The notes beneath the pieces were generated by a model. That model ran no database searches, was not told the DNA's origin, and saw nothing but the letters and a program-made list of their open reading frames with translations. A stretch of DNA of 64,000 nucleotides from Auanema rhodensis (taxonomy: Eukaryota > Animalia > Nematoda). Position 1 is the first letter of the stretch, and each line of letters starts with the position of its first letter. The DNA is taken from positions 13,950,001-14,014,000 of the forward strand of contig OZ059895.1 in the NCBI GenBank assembly GCA_964057225.1, given 5' to 3'. Shown piece by piece: positions 27,099 through 44,275 of the stretch. Position numbers and translations under genes: made by a program.

Positions 27099-28650
27099 TT
27101 AGTTTTCTTCCGCTCTTTCTTTTTGCTTGTGCTCGAATTGTTTTCGTATGGATTTTTGATTTAAACCTCCAAAATCCAAGACTGTCAATTCATGAGTTGG
27201 AACATCATCGTTCGTAATAAGAGGAAGAATGCGCCTATATGGGTTAGAGGATTAAAACGTATTTATAATTAAATCTCACGATAAATCCGGTAACGATGTC
27301 ATGCTATCAACATAGGCTCTCTTCACTAAATCAAATTTGTGCTGAGAATATCCAGCAGTGATAATACTGAGATTTGGTTCGTCCTAAACAATTGTTGAGA
27401 GTTAACAAGCAATGTAATTATAATAGAAACTTACACGATTACTTAAGCCTTTTGTTGAATATTTCAATAATTGCACATTAGGAATCTCTTTTTCGAGAGT
27501 TTCAGTGATTTTTTGAACAGCATTTCTTGTATCAGCACAAGGACTGTAAAATGTGATGGCGAAAAATTCCAAATTCATAGTTCTGTTGAAAATATTTATG
27601 ATAAATATATATAAATGAAATCATTTTACCTGTATGTCTCTATAAGCTTTTCTATAATAGCTTCCGTTCTACGGTCAAAAAGGGTATAAGTATCAACTAA
27701 TGCCCAATCGAACACAAATACTTTAACTCTTGAAAACCTTTAAACGAGGCTTAAAACGTTATATTACAAGAATCTCAAACTTTTCAGGTAGAATAGATAA
27801 GAAGTCCTCAGCATCCTGTTCGGTTTCGGTTTCCACTCCTTCAGTGAATAAATGAGTAACGGTTACAAAATCCGAGCGGCTATTCTAAAACAGTTTATAT
27901 GAACGGTAACTCACTTCAGAAGCACCTTTATAGTTGATACGGTAACTCCAGCAGGAATAACTAGAAGTTCTACATCAAGGTTATGAATAAGACCATTGAA
28001 AATGTTATTGGAGCTGATCAACGATCTTAAATTCAATCTTCTGAGCTCCACTGCAATCTGAAAAAAATATATATTTATTTTTTTTTATTTCTTCAAACCT
28101 TCTCCCACTCTTCATCTGTAAAATTAGATTCTTTACAACTAAATCCTTGAAGCAAAGTGAGTCTATGAGATGAGAATGATATACATACTGCCACAATCAT
28201 ACTTACTTTTGAAGAACTTGAATGAGCTCATCGCTTGATACTGATGAGGAATTAACCGATAATACTTTTACCTTTTCAAAAAATTGCAAAGCCTAAGATA
28301 TGATAATTAGTAATTTTGTTATATAGCTTAAACAAAAAACCTCCTCCTGTGGAAAAAGTTCGACAGCTTTTAAAAAATCATTGACAGGATTTGGTGAATG
28401 ATTGATTTCAATAATAGTAGGTTTGAGTTTCATAATGTTATTCCAATTACTATCGATAATTTCTCCTTTACCTTCAGCTATCCCTAAACTTCATTTTTAA
28501 AATAAACAGAGACTTTTAGAAACCTCTAAAATTTTCTCCAAAGTGATAACCAGATTGAATTCGTAAAATTACATTCCCCACGTTTCTAACATATGAATCC
28601 TGCTGCTTGACCCACACCACAACAGGATCATAACTATCAAGTCCACCCAT
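27099..28650 (-). CDS. Uncharacterised multi-exon protein
   Basis: TTTCAG acceptor then MGGLDSYDPVVVWVK...; about ten short exons ending ...DFGGLNQKSIRKQFEHKQKERAEEN*; no family recognised. Confidence 0.65.
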
Positions 28651-28871
28651 TCTGAAATAATTTCTCCAAACATTAACTCGTCAGTGAAATAACAATTTTC
28701 CAAATAAAGCTGATTATCAAAATAATCACCACAAAGCTTAGAAATCAAGTTTCCCTAGGTTTTCTTGATGAAAACCAAAAAACTACATATTGTTTCAGTA
28801 AAAAGAGTGCGATAAAGCAACGCACAAAACTATAAAAAACTTTTAATTAAAAATCAAAAATTTTATTAAAT

Positions 28872-29881
28872 CTAAAAACTTGAAAGAGTGACAGAAAAAT
28901 CATTAAATGTTACATAAGCCATATTATGGGAAGATAAAAAAGTTACACCATATAATAATTGTTCACCAGCTGCTGGGGCCGCTTGAATTTGTTGGAATTC
29001 TTTGTCAAAAAGTTCCCATCCTCCATACATACAAGCAGCAAGGTAACGTTGGTCCCCATCAACCTCTTGTTCTATATGCCAAACACCGCCAGAAGTCTGA
29101 GAAAATGAATGTCATTACGATTTACAACAAAATTCCATACCTCAACAGTTTTAACGGATAATTTAGGATTTCGGATATCAAATATTCGGATGTTCTGATC
29201 ATAACTACCAGTTAAAAGCAAATTATCGTCAACCCATTTGGTAAATGTAACACCAGCGGAGAAATCTTTGATAATACCAATAGATGACATATCATTACTG
29301 CTCCAAAGTCTTAAAACACCATCTTCACCCCCGGAACATGCCACTTTAGAAGATAAAGAGCAGGTCCAAACCTTAATATGATAATTGTATGAAGCCAATT
29401 AGACAAAACTTACTTCACATTCCTCGTTGACGTAAGGTAAGCGATGGCCAGTTACAGAATTGAGAATTGATTTAGTTTCGAGATCGATCATATAAATCGA
29501 TCCTCGATTATCAGAAACACAACATTTATTATCCAAAAAAGAAACGTCAAGAAGCATATGAGACGTCACATTAACAAAATTACTGGTATAATCTTAAAAA
29601 AAATAAACATTGAAAATTAAAAAAAAGTTAAACATACCAGTGAGATTAGTCAGGGCCAAAGAACCATCAGTTAAAGCAGATATACACAAATCAGAACGTG
29701 GACATTCAAAACGGAAAACACCAGCTGGTAACTTTACAGAGTTTTTAATTTCTAACGTAGATGAAAGAAAAAAGAGAGTTCCAGCTCGAGAACTAGGATC
29801 TTCGAGCTGGTATGTAGATACAAGCAAGGAAGCATTATGATTCATACAGAAAGCAGGGCGCTGAGGTAGCTTAAGAGACAT
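28872..29881 (-). CDS. DPH7/WDR85-like WD40 diphthamide biosynthesis protein
   Basis: LLVSTYQLE, VWTC, SGGEDG, LLLTGSYDQNIRIFDIR, GGVWHIE, LAACMYGG, LLYG..TFND are DPH7-type motifs. Confidence 0.88.
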
Positions 29882-29926
29882 TGTGATATTTAAAAATACA
29901 ATTGAGATGCAATATTTGAAATTATA

Positions 29927-30332
29927 TTAAGAAGATTCCGACTTATATTTTAAGTTGGCTTCTAATGCAGCTCTTTGCTTATCACGTTCGACTTCGGCTA
30001 CGTTTTCTCTGTATAAAAAAAATGAACAGATATTAATATAAACTATAAAACCTTATCAAGAACCGAGCGAAAGTTATATTCTTCTTCAAACGTTCAGCAC
30101 AGATTTTGTTACCAGCATAAGTTGGTTTAATATCTTCTCGCAATTTCTCAATAATAGTAAGGAGTTGATCGTATTTCGTCAATTCTGCAGGTTTCGACTA
30201 AAAATATAATGAATATAATAAGTTGATATAAAAAAATAAAAGAGGAGCAAATTTTAGGGAACGTAAAAAAGTATTGCTTACAGTATTGGGAATAGAATAC
30301 TGTGGAATTCCGTTATTGGTTTCTTCAGCCAT
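29927..30332 (-). CDS. CDK2AP1/DOC-1 family protein
   Basis: TKYDQLLTIIEKLREDIKPTYAGNKICAERLKKNITFARFLIRE matches the CDK2AP core (KY..LL.IIEE....IRPTYAG....ERLK..I..AR.L.RE). Confidence 0.92.
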
Positions 30333-31015
30333 TCTCTATAAGATATTAGTTTTAAAATAATACAATTTCCTATTCATTTATATTAGTTTATTGTGAGGAA
30401 ATAAATAAATAAAAGTAAGCGTAAGTATTCAGCTGCAACTTTAAGGCGATTCCGTGAGCTAAAAAAGGTTCCCCACCAAGCCTCCCAATGTACGTCAATA
30501 ATTAGTGTTGGCAAATTGTCCGCAATAGTACGGATTGTCTTATGCTACCCCTGCTTTACTATGAATAATATCCTTAAAAAATGTAATATGTATTGTAATA
30601 TTGAAATACCGTTGAAGGACGGATTTAAAATGTGTCAAAACTACAGATTGAATCGGGCTGTTGATATTATTCAATAATTTACAGTTGAATTTAGTGTTTT
30701 TTTTTGGTTCTAGCATTTCGTATAACACGCATAATGAGTATTTGTTATTAAAGTTTATCTAATCTAATTTTAATACTATTTTAAAATAATCTATGCATGT
30801 ATTCAATTAAACAGTTTCTTATTTATCCTTTTTTATTCTATTTTAAGCTTTTATAATGTATTTACATTTCCATTTTCATTAATTTGGTTTTTTTTTGCTT
30901 AGAAATCTTAATTTAGATTATCTCAAGTTTCATCTGCTAACTAATCACTGATTAAATTCTTACAGAACCCGGTGTTCGTTCATTCTCAAAGCAAACTAGG
31001 ACATTCATTGAAAAT

Positions 31016-31495
31016 ATGGTAATTTCTGTTTTCGCATACATTAATATGTTTCATCTATAGGTCCAGGATTTATTCTTTGAAGTTGTTAGACGAAAGCAGC
31101 ATATTTTCTGTGACGTTAAAGACAATGCCTCTGTTCTTGAGCTAAAGAAAATTGTTGAAGGCATCCTTAAAGTAAGAAATGATGATAATTCGCATTATTT
31201 ACTCTTTCCCAGGTTCCTATCAGTGATCAAATACTGGTCAAGTTTACTGAAGATGGAAATTACTCCAGTTATGTGCAACTAGATGATAAGAAAACATTCT
31301 TTGAAAGTGGTTTTTCTTCAACCAATGCAAAAGTATGAATTTTAAATTTCTACTAATTATAATGTTTTTCTTAAGGCTCAAGCTCCAGCACAAATTGGAC
31401 TTCTTATCAAAGGTGAAACTGATATTGTAGTTGAAAGCTTGTCTTCACCTCCTCCGATTCCGGATACCATGAGGCCGGAAAATCCACAAGAGTAG
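31016..31495 (+). CDS. elb-1: Elongin B
   Basis: M|VQDLFFEVVRRKQHIFCDVKDNASVLELKKIVEGILK..LDDKKT..GF...NAKAQAPAQIGL..LSSPPPIPDTM. Confidence 0.93.
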
Positions 31496-31699
31496 TTTTT
31501 TAGTCAAGATGATGTTTTTAAACTTTACACGGGACTGTGCTTAGTTCTCCAATCACATTTTATCAATCTATTTTGTAATTTCTTTATGATTCACGCATAA
31601 ATATGATTTTTATTACGTTTTTTTGAACATTTCTTGTTTTTAACAATTTTTCTACATAATTCTTTTTACTTCCCTTTCTTCTTCGAGTTTATTATGTAG

Positions 31700-33968
31700 A
31701 TGTCTGTACGAAAGCTGGATGAGGCAACTGAAGAGATTGAAGAGAAACGGTCAAGAACAAGCATTGATGTCTATACTGAACGCTTTGCTTATGAAATGGA
31801 TTCAACGAAAAGACAGTACATTAAAGAGGCCAAAAATAAAAGAATAATAAAAAAATTGAACCTTTTTGGTGGTAAGTGTATTTACTACACTGGAACCGAC
31901 GCACAAGACATGGTACACCGTTTGCACTAGTTTAGCATTAGCTTACTTGTTCAGGATTTCACTAAGCAACAAGTTCCTGGAGACATACGATGGGCAGGAA
32001 ACTTGAGCAGTACTTTTGAAGAGCGCGTTGGTATGTGTTTTTAGAGTTTTTGCAATATGTCGCTTATAATATAGATCTGGCTGATAGCTCCAAGCAACAT
32101 TTGTTCAACGTAATATCCAACTACGTTGATTTAGCAGCAATAGTTCAAGATAAAGAACATAGAGTATGCTCAAAATGTTTTCTCCTCTAAAATATCTCTT
32201 TAGGACATATATATGGCCCATGTTTTGAATCATTTGATACGACTTCGAAACTCAATTTTAGGAAATCAGAAAAAACTGAATCAAGCTAAGGAAAAAGTAC
32301 TTTTGTTAAGAAAATAATCTTGAAAATAATTAATTTGCTAAGGGTGACATAGATGAATCTGTTCTGGAATCATGCCGAGATCAAGGCTTTGTTAGACCCA
32401 CAGTTCTTATTTTATGTCCATTCAAGAAAGATGCGTATGATGTTGTTCAAAGATTAAAAAGTATTTTGTATGGAAATAGTAAGTTAACTTGTAGTAAAAT
32501 TAAACCTTTTATTTCTTTTTGTTTAGAAAAAGGCTTGATCATGAATAATGAGAGATTTGAAAAAGAATATCAAAGTTTTGAAAATGAATTCAGTGAATAC
32601 ATTAGCGAAGATCACAAGGTAAATCTCATCAATCTGTTTTTATTTCAAGTTTTAATTTCAAGGAACTTCTAAGTGGTAATAATGATGATTCATTCCGTTT
32701 GGGTATTACTATATCTAAAAAGGCCGTAAAGATTTTTGAGCCTTTCGAAAAGTCCGATATCTTACTGTGTTCTCCTCTCGGCCTTCGTATGGTTCTAGAA
32801 AAAGAAAAAGATGAGTCGCATCTGATATCCAGTTTGCAAATCGTAATTGTTGATGGGGTTGGATATTCGTTCTAATTTGTATTCGTCTTATGACAATGTT
32901 TTGCAGGCTGAAATTATTTTACAACAAAACTGGGAAAATATGAGCATTATTTTCGATAAAATGCACATTCAGCCTTCAAAGATTGTAACTGATATTTCTC
33001 GTGTGAAATCTTTTTATTTAGGTCTTTATCTATATTTATAGGAATTCCTTTTTAAAATAAACATATCATTTTTAGAACAAGATGGTAAAGTTTTCTCACA
33101 GTTACTTCTATTTTCCAAGTATCAACACGAATATTTTGCTGGATTAATGTTTGCCAATTCTTTGAATTACCGAGGACTAATAATGCATCAACCTATCCAA
33201 GAAGGAACATTGTCTAATGTCAGTGAAGTCTTTTCCCGATTAAATAAACAAAAATATTTCAGATTGAGATACCATTGTGTCAAGAATTTCACAGATTTAG
33301 TGTTGACAATGTTTCTGATCCAAGTGAGGCTCGTTTCAATTTTTTCAAGGAAAAGGTTTGTAGTAGTCTTTGAACTACGGTTTGTAGTCATCGCTTTCAG
33401 TTTGCCGATTGCTTGATTCCTCATACTTGTTTGGTGGTTCCTTCATATTTCGATTTTGTTCGGATTCGAAATTTTTTCAAAAGGCGAGAAGAAAGTTTTG
33501 TATCCTGTCATGAATACGCTGACAAAAAAAAGGTGCTTAATATTGCTTGATGGATATTTATAATATTTTTTTCAGATCAAAAGAGCTCGAGATCTTTTTT
33601 ACCATGATATGAAGAGTATTCTTATAGTTACAGAGCGTTTTCATTTCTTTAATAGGAAAAACATCAAAGTTTGATTTTCAATTACAATCTTTACTGAAAT
33701 ATTGTTCTTCAGGGTATAGAACGATTAGTTTTCTACCAAATTCCTTCACATCCTGCATTCTATTCTGAATTCATCAATATGGGTAAATTAGCAAAAAACA
33801 GATTTCTGGTAAACTTTTTCGTTTATTTCTATAATTTATATTTATTTTTAGTCTTCTTTAATATATTCTAAGCATGATAGGGTGAGACTCAGCAATACTT
33901 TCGGTACAGATATGACAGATTCTATATTAAAATCCGAAAATTCAATGCAAGCTATTGTTTCAGAATAA
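31700..33968 (+). CDS. UTP25/digestive-organ expansion factor (U3 snoRNP-associated)
   Basis: RDQGFVRPTVLILCPF, GNNDDSFRLG, SDILLCSPLGLRM, QNWE, PSYFDFVRIRNF, TERFHFF, FYQIP motifs. Confidence 0.93.
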
Positions 33969-34246
33969 TTATAATTTGTTTACTTGTTATTGTTGAATTT
34001 GTTGAACTGTTGTTAAATATAAAAAAATTATTTTTATATATTTATATTTACGAATACGACGGTTAATTCCGTTTTTTAAAACTACTTGATCAATATTCTA
34101 TTCTCAGCTTTTTTCACTCGTTGAAGCATGTATTAAAATGACTCATAGCGCTTTGTACCCCCTCAATTATGAACCAATTCTTAATTTTTTTTCTATTTTT
34201 CATAATTTTACTTCTTTTCTTTTTCTTATTTTCATAATTTCAGGAA

Positions 34247-35189
34247 ATGATTTATTTATTTATTTTTAATCTTCTTATACATGTTGTTTCGGGTTACATG
34301 GGAGCTGTGATGGGGAAACTTACTTCATGTGATGATGCTAAGGTATAAACATTAAATGAAGAAGAAGCTAAGAGAACATTGTAGACCGGTATTGAAGTAG
34401 ATTGGGATCCTAATGACTTTACCCCCTACACCTGCCCACAAGTCAAGCCATTTCCTGTTACTAACGTATGTTAATGCTATTATTAACTGTTGATATCATA
34501 TACTTTTTAAGACGATCACTGCTACCCATTATGACTTAGTGGAGCAAGTTGCTGGATATAATCCTAGAGTTGATCAAGTTTCACATAAATGCTTGAATGA
34601 ACAATTATTTTATAATGACACCATACCTCTTAGGTTGTTTATTAAAATATTTTTCAATATTCATATCTTTTGTTTAAGAGGTGACCATCGACCAAACTGG
34701 GCGAGGTTTGGGGAGTATCTCTATGTGCCTGTTCAGAGATGGCTGCATAATTTAGAAGTAAGAAACTGTTTTACTAATTATTTTAACTTTGTTCACTATA
34801 GCACGGGTCTATTATTCTTTTATATCATCCATGTGTGGATAGATCTCAACTGCAACTGCTAAGAAGTCTTGTTACTGGGTGTTTATGGCGACATGTTATT
34901 ACTCCATATAACAAGCTTGCATCTGAAAGAGTAAGAAGCAGGATTTCGATTCAACTTAAATATGTTCTTGTTATAGCCTTTGGCTCTGGTTGCCTGGGGT
35001 GCTAAGTTAGAAATGAATCATGTGATACCAACAGAAGTCATCAAGTTTATACGTCAACATGCTCATGTTGCTCCTGAGGATATATCTCGTGATGGCTTGT
35101 ATGATCACTATCTTATTAAAGCAGCCGAGGTAGTTGCAAATGATCCCGAAGATAAGAACGTATGTGGGCAGTTAGTTATGAATCAGTAA
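34247..35189 (+). CDS. Secreted DUF3105/TP53I13-like protein
   Basis: Signal-like N-terminus; [53 protein letters not shown]. Confidence 0.82.
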
Positions 35190-35355
35190 GATTTTTTTCC
35201 ATTTTTGTTTGTATATACGATATTAGTGCTTTCAAAATGTAACTGTGGTACTTAAGGGTTATGGTGCTGTGATTTGATCTATAGAATTTACTTATTGAAA
35301 TAATTAATAAATACGGTTTATGAAGTACAAAATGGAATGTTTATAAAGTATTTCA

Positions 35356-35657
35356 TTATTGTAGTTGCTTAATCTCCTTTCCAGTCTTCTTAAGGGCTTC
35401 CATGACATCTTCTACTGGAAGAGTGGTTGTTACCTTGATGGTTTTCTTTTCCACGTCAATGTCATCAATAGTTAAGTTGTCTTACAGAAGTATATACAGG
35501 ATAGATTTTGTTCAAATAAGTGGTTACCTCCGAGCTTTCCAAGAACTTTACGAGCAGCATTGGCACAGCCGTTACAAGTCATGGCCATCTCAAAAACGTA
35601 CTAAAAATATGGGAACATATTCTACAACCATTCTTGAAAAAGAACAACCTGAGTCAT
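35356..35657 (-). CDS. cuc-1: Copper chaperone (ATOX1/Atx1, HMA domain)
   Basis: MTQ|YVFEMAMTCNGCANAARKVLGKLG|..ALKKTGKEIKQLQ*; MxCxxC and KTGK motifs. Confidence 0.96.
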
Positions 35658-36126
35658 GTCAGCACAGTCGCTTGTATATTGATATAAGATCTACCTAGAA
35701 CAACGACTGTGAGAGAGTAGCAGAAATTGTGATATGGAATGATAACACGATTCCTTATAAATAGTTAGCACCGATAAGAAAATACGTGAGAAAACATAAT
35801 TAGCAACTACTCGAACTACGAGTTCAAGTTGGACACAAGGTAACATAGAAAAAGTCATCAAAAACTGGATTGCCTACGTTACGAAATAGATAAAAGCTTT
35901 CCTGAGGAAATTAGCAGAATATAACTACGTCTCATATGAGCAGACGTCCATCTAAGAAAATATATGGAATATTGACAACAATGTCATCTGATTGACCTAA
36001 TTTGACAGTTTGACGTGCGTTCAAAAATGGGCCATTTCATTGAATACGTAATAAGTTTTCTGCCGAAATCCTGAGAATAAAGGAATTCTTTACTAAGACT
36101 CTCCCTCTTATAGGCTTCTGCAAAAT

Positions 36127-36960
36127 ATGAACATACCTGGAATTGGATTGCGACGGTTATGCACCGTTCCTCGTGTTATTCAAGTTGTATCGTTCGATGC
36201 TATGAACACCCTTATAACTCCACGCGAAAATTCTGTTGTGGTCTATAGTAGGGAAGCATATAAGCATGGGATCACTTGTGATTTGGATTCATTAACGCAT
36301 TCATTTCATAAAGCCATGTCATCATATTCGGGGAAATATCCTTGTTTTGGTTTTGGGAATATATCTTCTGAAGAATGGTGGCACTATGTCATAAAAGACA
36401 GTTTTGAAAAGGTATGAATATTTGAGAAATTGAATTTTTATTTGTGGAAAGGCGACTAGTCAACGAATCGCCGATGATGTCATTAAATCGATCAGTAATA
36501 ATTTATATGAATTGTACAAGGATCCAACGATGTGGAAGCTTGTTGATGATGAGGTTTGATTACATTGTAGTGTACCATCTCTTTGTTGGAACTTCAGGTA
36601 ATACCATTGCTAGTTAACTTGCGAAGAAAGGGATTTTCTTTGGTTGTCACTTCGAACTTTGATGTCAGATTGAGAAATTTGCTTAGTGATATGAAATTGC
36701 TTAATCTCTTTGATGTGGCTTTAATCAGTGGCGAACTAGGGATTGAAAAGCCGGACCCACGAATTTTCAATTTAATTTTGAAACACTTTGGTCTGTCAGC
36801 TCCATCAGAATTAATACATGTTGGTGATCATCCACGCAAAGACTATCTAGGTGCTAAAAATATCGGTGCTAAGGCCCTGCTATTTGATCCATTTTTGCAA
36901 GAAGATTCAGTGGATCTATCTAATAAGATCACAACTTTCTCAAACTTTAGCGTGTATTGA
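36127..36960 (+). CDS. HAD-superfamily hydrolase (HDHD3/REG-2-like)
   Basis: Motif I FDAMNTL, motif II VTSNFD, GIEKPDPRIF, HVGD...D. Confidence 0.92.
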
Positions 36961-37174
36961 TTTTTAAAATTTTTCATCAATAATTTCCTAAAAGAAATCA
37001 ATTTTAAAAACTGTGAGCACTTAACATACTTCCAAAAACGTACGAATTCTCAGGTTTTTAGTGATGAACAGGGGTTTTCTATCATTAATCACGTTTTAGT
37101 CGCGGAACAGGATTTTCATTCATAATGATTCATCTGAACCTTTCTATGCATTCGTAATTAATAAATTATTTCAA

Positions 37175-40334
<3,160 letters not shown>

Positions 40335-40790
40335 ATATATTAATTGTACTCAACGTTCTCAAAACAAAAATGAGAATCTATTTCCAAATTCAAAATAAAC
40401 GTGTTCTGGCATATATTTTTCAATACTTATTGGGATCATAGTAGCAAACACTTATTTGTTAACTAATGTTAGCATGTCTCCCTGTTGAGCTATTCCTATC
40501 TTACAAATTTATAAATGTATTTAATATTATTTTTATAAATAGTGAACTTTTAACGATAAATATTTTGCATTATAATTGATAAACATTAAATTCGAACTTT
40601 TATTTTACATGATATTTACAACCTCGTGTTACTTTAACAAAATTATTTTGTACTGTGAGAGAAATGTTAATTGTTAGAAGCTAGCGGAATTACATATCAG
40701 TATCAAAACTCTTGAAACAAACGAGATGATCAGAAGAAGCAGGGTATAGCAGATGAAGAAATTAACGACTTGTTGTTGTTTTCATAGAAG

Positions 40791-41026
40791 TCACTGAACA
40801 TCTCTTCTCTTAGCTTCTCCATTTTGAGCTATTTGAACAATCTTTCTGGTGTCATTACCGGAGTGTTGAACATGCTTGTGCTCAGCACGCTCGGCCTTAT
40901 TTCTTTTACCATTGCAACCAGTGATTTCCTATATTATAGGATGAAAAAATAACTTCGTTTGTTTTTAAGACTCACTGGTCCTCCATCTTTCTCAAAATCA
41001 GCAGCCATCTGTGCAGCACTAGACAT
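40791..41026 (-). CDS. Small NUPR1/p8-like basic nuclear protein (62 aa, 2 exons)
   Basis: MSSAAQMAADFEKDGGP|EITGCNGKRNKAERAEHKHVQHSGNDTRKIVQIAQNGEAKRRDVQ*; resembles p8 core G.R.K.E...RK.V...QN.E.KR; not in ORF track. Confidence 0.65.
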
Positions 41027-42739
41027 ATTTGAATTTAGGATCTGAAGATGAACAAAATTAATATAACTAAAATTTTAATCAAAAACGAAATAAATGAAGA
41101 ATAGCGAAAAAACGGGAGAAATACATCACAAGAGTTTCAAATGAGAATGAATAAACATCAAGCCAGGCCAGGGCGTCTGCGGCCCGTCGATTCTCGATCA
41201 AAACAAGGCAGAACGAAAAGAACAAGAAGAATCGATAAACGGACCTCGATGACGGGAACGTGCCATGAAAACAGGATAACAAAGAAAAACACAGGTCGGA
41301 AAGCAGTAGAAGCTACGGAACAGAGTCGGAGAATGAGATCCGAATTCGTTTTTATAGTGATGTATTGGTCACGCGACTTTGGCACGAGCCAATCACAGAA
41401 TGCTTGGGCCACGAGGGCATATAGTCGGAAACGTGAAGAAATCAATAACACAACAGTTTCTTGTGAAGATGAGTGATAAATAGATCAAGAACCACCAAGA
41501 TCAAATCAACATTGGACATAAAAGCGGGAGCTAGTTTGTATATAAACAGTTTTAAACGGGAATTCTCGAATTTTCTGGATTGTTATTGTTCTTTCCACAT
41601 ATTGCACAACGATAAGTTGTTGTGACAACGATAAGGTAACAACGGTAAGTTTCTTATCTTCACACTATTTATAGATTTTTATAATTTCTCTACTGCTAAA
41701 AATTCGTAAAAGATATGAAATTTAGATATAATTCTGTAACTAATAGAAGGACAAATGACACTTGTTTATTTAATAAGGGAAAGTTTTGTCCTTTCATTAT
41801 TCATGTTTTGAATGAATAACAGGTATTGAGAGGCTTTAAAATAGTTTTCAAATCAAGAAAAATAAAAATATTCGGTTTTCGTTTGTAAGTTTTCTTCTGA
41901 AGCACATGGATTTTAACTTAAAGATATATTATACCGTAAGAGCAAAGAATGCTGTCGAATGCGACGAAGATAATCGTACAAAAACTTCAACTTTATTAAG
42001 CAAACAAAGAATATTTGTACTGAAAATCCGAAAGAAGGCTCAGATTGTGATTGTGTAGGAAATACTATTGGATTAGTTCTGATTTCAATAATAATAAAAT
42101 CATATTTTTACATCATGTATAATCACGTGTCATTAAAGTAATTAATCTCCGACTAAGTACAGCTTGTTTATCACTTAAGCCTAGAACAGATACATTGATC
42201 TTCTAGAATTCTTTCAGCCTGCCAAACTTTGTGTAAACAGAATGCAGGTCACTTTCATATCAGCCGTCAAGTTAGTCTCGTGTCAACTATTTCTTCTTTA
42301 TTTTCTCCATATTCTTGTTGAAAATGCAATCTCTGAGCTCAATTTATGTATGATAAATATAAGTATTGAAAACTTCTTTCTATCGAATTGATTCTTCCAA
42401 AGACCTTGGCATCTTATTTCCAGTTTTTTCACCAGGACCTTCATTTTGATGTTTTTTTCAGTATAATATACTTTCTTTTCATCTAACTGACAAACTACTT
42501 TTTTCGAATAAAAAATGTCTTTCTGTATGCACTTGTATTTTTGAAAGTTTCAATAGAATACACGAGCAAAACATTTTCTTGTTTTTCATTATCGAATGTT
42601 GCTCTTATGCCCCCAACTCCCTGCATAGCAGCACCGCCCATTCTGCCGTAGCGCGCACACTTATTAGGGACTCCCTGAGGGGAATAATGCCAAGAACTGT
42701 GAAAATAATATGTTACTGTTGAAATTGTATAGGTGATTC

Positions 42740-44275
42740 ATGTCTCGCTCAAAGACTTGGCCGTATAAGCCTGCCTTATATACGACTGGACTCGTGTATC
42801 TGGCTGTGCAGGTAGCACTGATTTCATTTCTTTCGAGTTATTATAACTATGGTATTTCTAACGTAACTGAGTTTGCGTTTGATGTTTTAGAAGGAGTTAG
42901 TTTTGTTTCATATTTGTCATCTATTTGAAAACATTTCAGTATGACTTCACAAGAGAAAAATTAGAATGGATTAGAGAATCATGGCAGGGGGCGAAAGATT
43001 CTATGCGAATCAAAAGGAAATATCGTGAAGAAACAACAATGGTAATATTCATAAGTTGCTTACTTACTTACTTGTTCTAATAGAATATTGATGCTGACAT
43101 TAAAGTATCGGGTGATCTTCAAATACTGACGCCAGAACAGTTAGCACTTTTTGATGGAACTAGAGATTCTCGGTAGTTTCTCATTCCTCACATTTTTTTA
43201 TTCATTTTTTATGTTTTAGACCTGTTTATCTGGCCATATTAGGAAGAATTTACGATGTAGACAAGGGAAAGAAACATTACGGAAAAGGAGGGGGCTATCA
43301 CTTTTTTTCCGGTGAGTCAACTCATTTGCAACGTACTAATGCTAATAAAATTAACAACAACAAACTCTTTCTATAATATTTTCTTATTTCCAAAAAAAAG
43401 AACTTTGTTTCAGTAAAACAATTAAAATAATATTTTTTTGCAGGAAAAGATGCAAGTCGGGCGTTTGTTACTGGTGACTTTACCCCAAAAGGGTTAATAG
43501 ATGATACGTCTGGCTTATCAAATGACGATCTCTTAGGTATTTTATATTTTATGAAAGAAAAATATTTTCGGTTTAGGTATTAAGGATTGGGTTACCTTTT
43601 ATGAAAAAGATTATCAACTTGTTGGTGTTGTCGTAGGTAGATATTATGATAGTCAGGCTAAACCTACTGCTGAATTACAAGAGGTTTGTATGAAGTTGTA
43701 CGTATCTTTTTTTAAAACTTTAATTTTAGGTTTTAGCTAGAATTGAAAATGCTGTAGACTTCAGAAATTCTAAAGCAGCAGAGTCAGAGGTATCAATATT
43801 TTAAAATTTAAAGTAAAAAATAAATTATTGAAGATCTTTCCACCTTGTAATTCTGAATGGCACCAGAATAGTGGTGGCAGAGTTTGGTGTTCAACAAAAA
43901 GTGGTGGAATTAATAGAGAATGGGCTGGAGTTCCTCGGTAAATCTTACTTAATAGTTTTGAAAACGGATTGATTCCTAGATTATTCATGGATGGAACAAC
44001 TGGAGAACGTTGTGTTTGTGTCAAAAACTTTGGACCAGGCTTATCGAATAAGGCTTCCAAAGGTTCGAATCGAGGGGATCTTGATCATCCTTCACTTAAG
44101 GTATATCTTTCGTGTTATTTTTGTTATTACTGACAATTTGAAGATTTTTTGTATTTCTTTTCAAATTTTATCAATAATTTTGAAATTATTGAGTTTTACA
44201 TTGGTTTTATCATCCTTTTTTCAGCTTTACCCTAACTGTTCTCCAACTGCCAACAGTTGTAAAATTGAGCAATGA
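42740..44275 (+). CDS. tag-131: Neuferricin (cytochrome b5-like heme/steroid-binding protein, CYB5D2)
   Basis: [48 protein letters not shown]; [32 protein letters not shown]. Confidence 0.92.
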
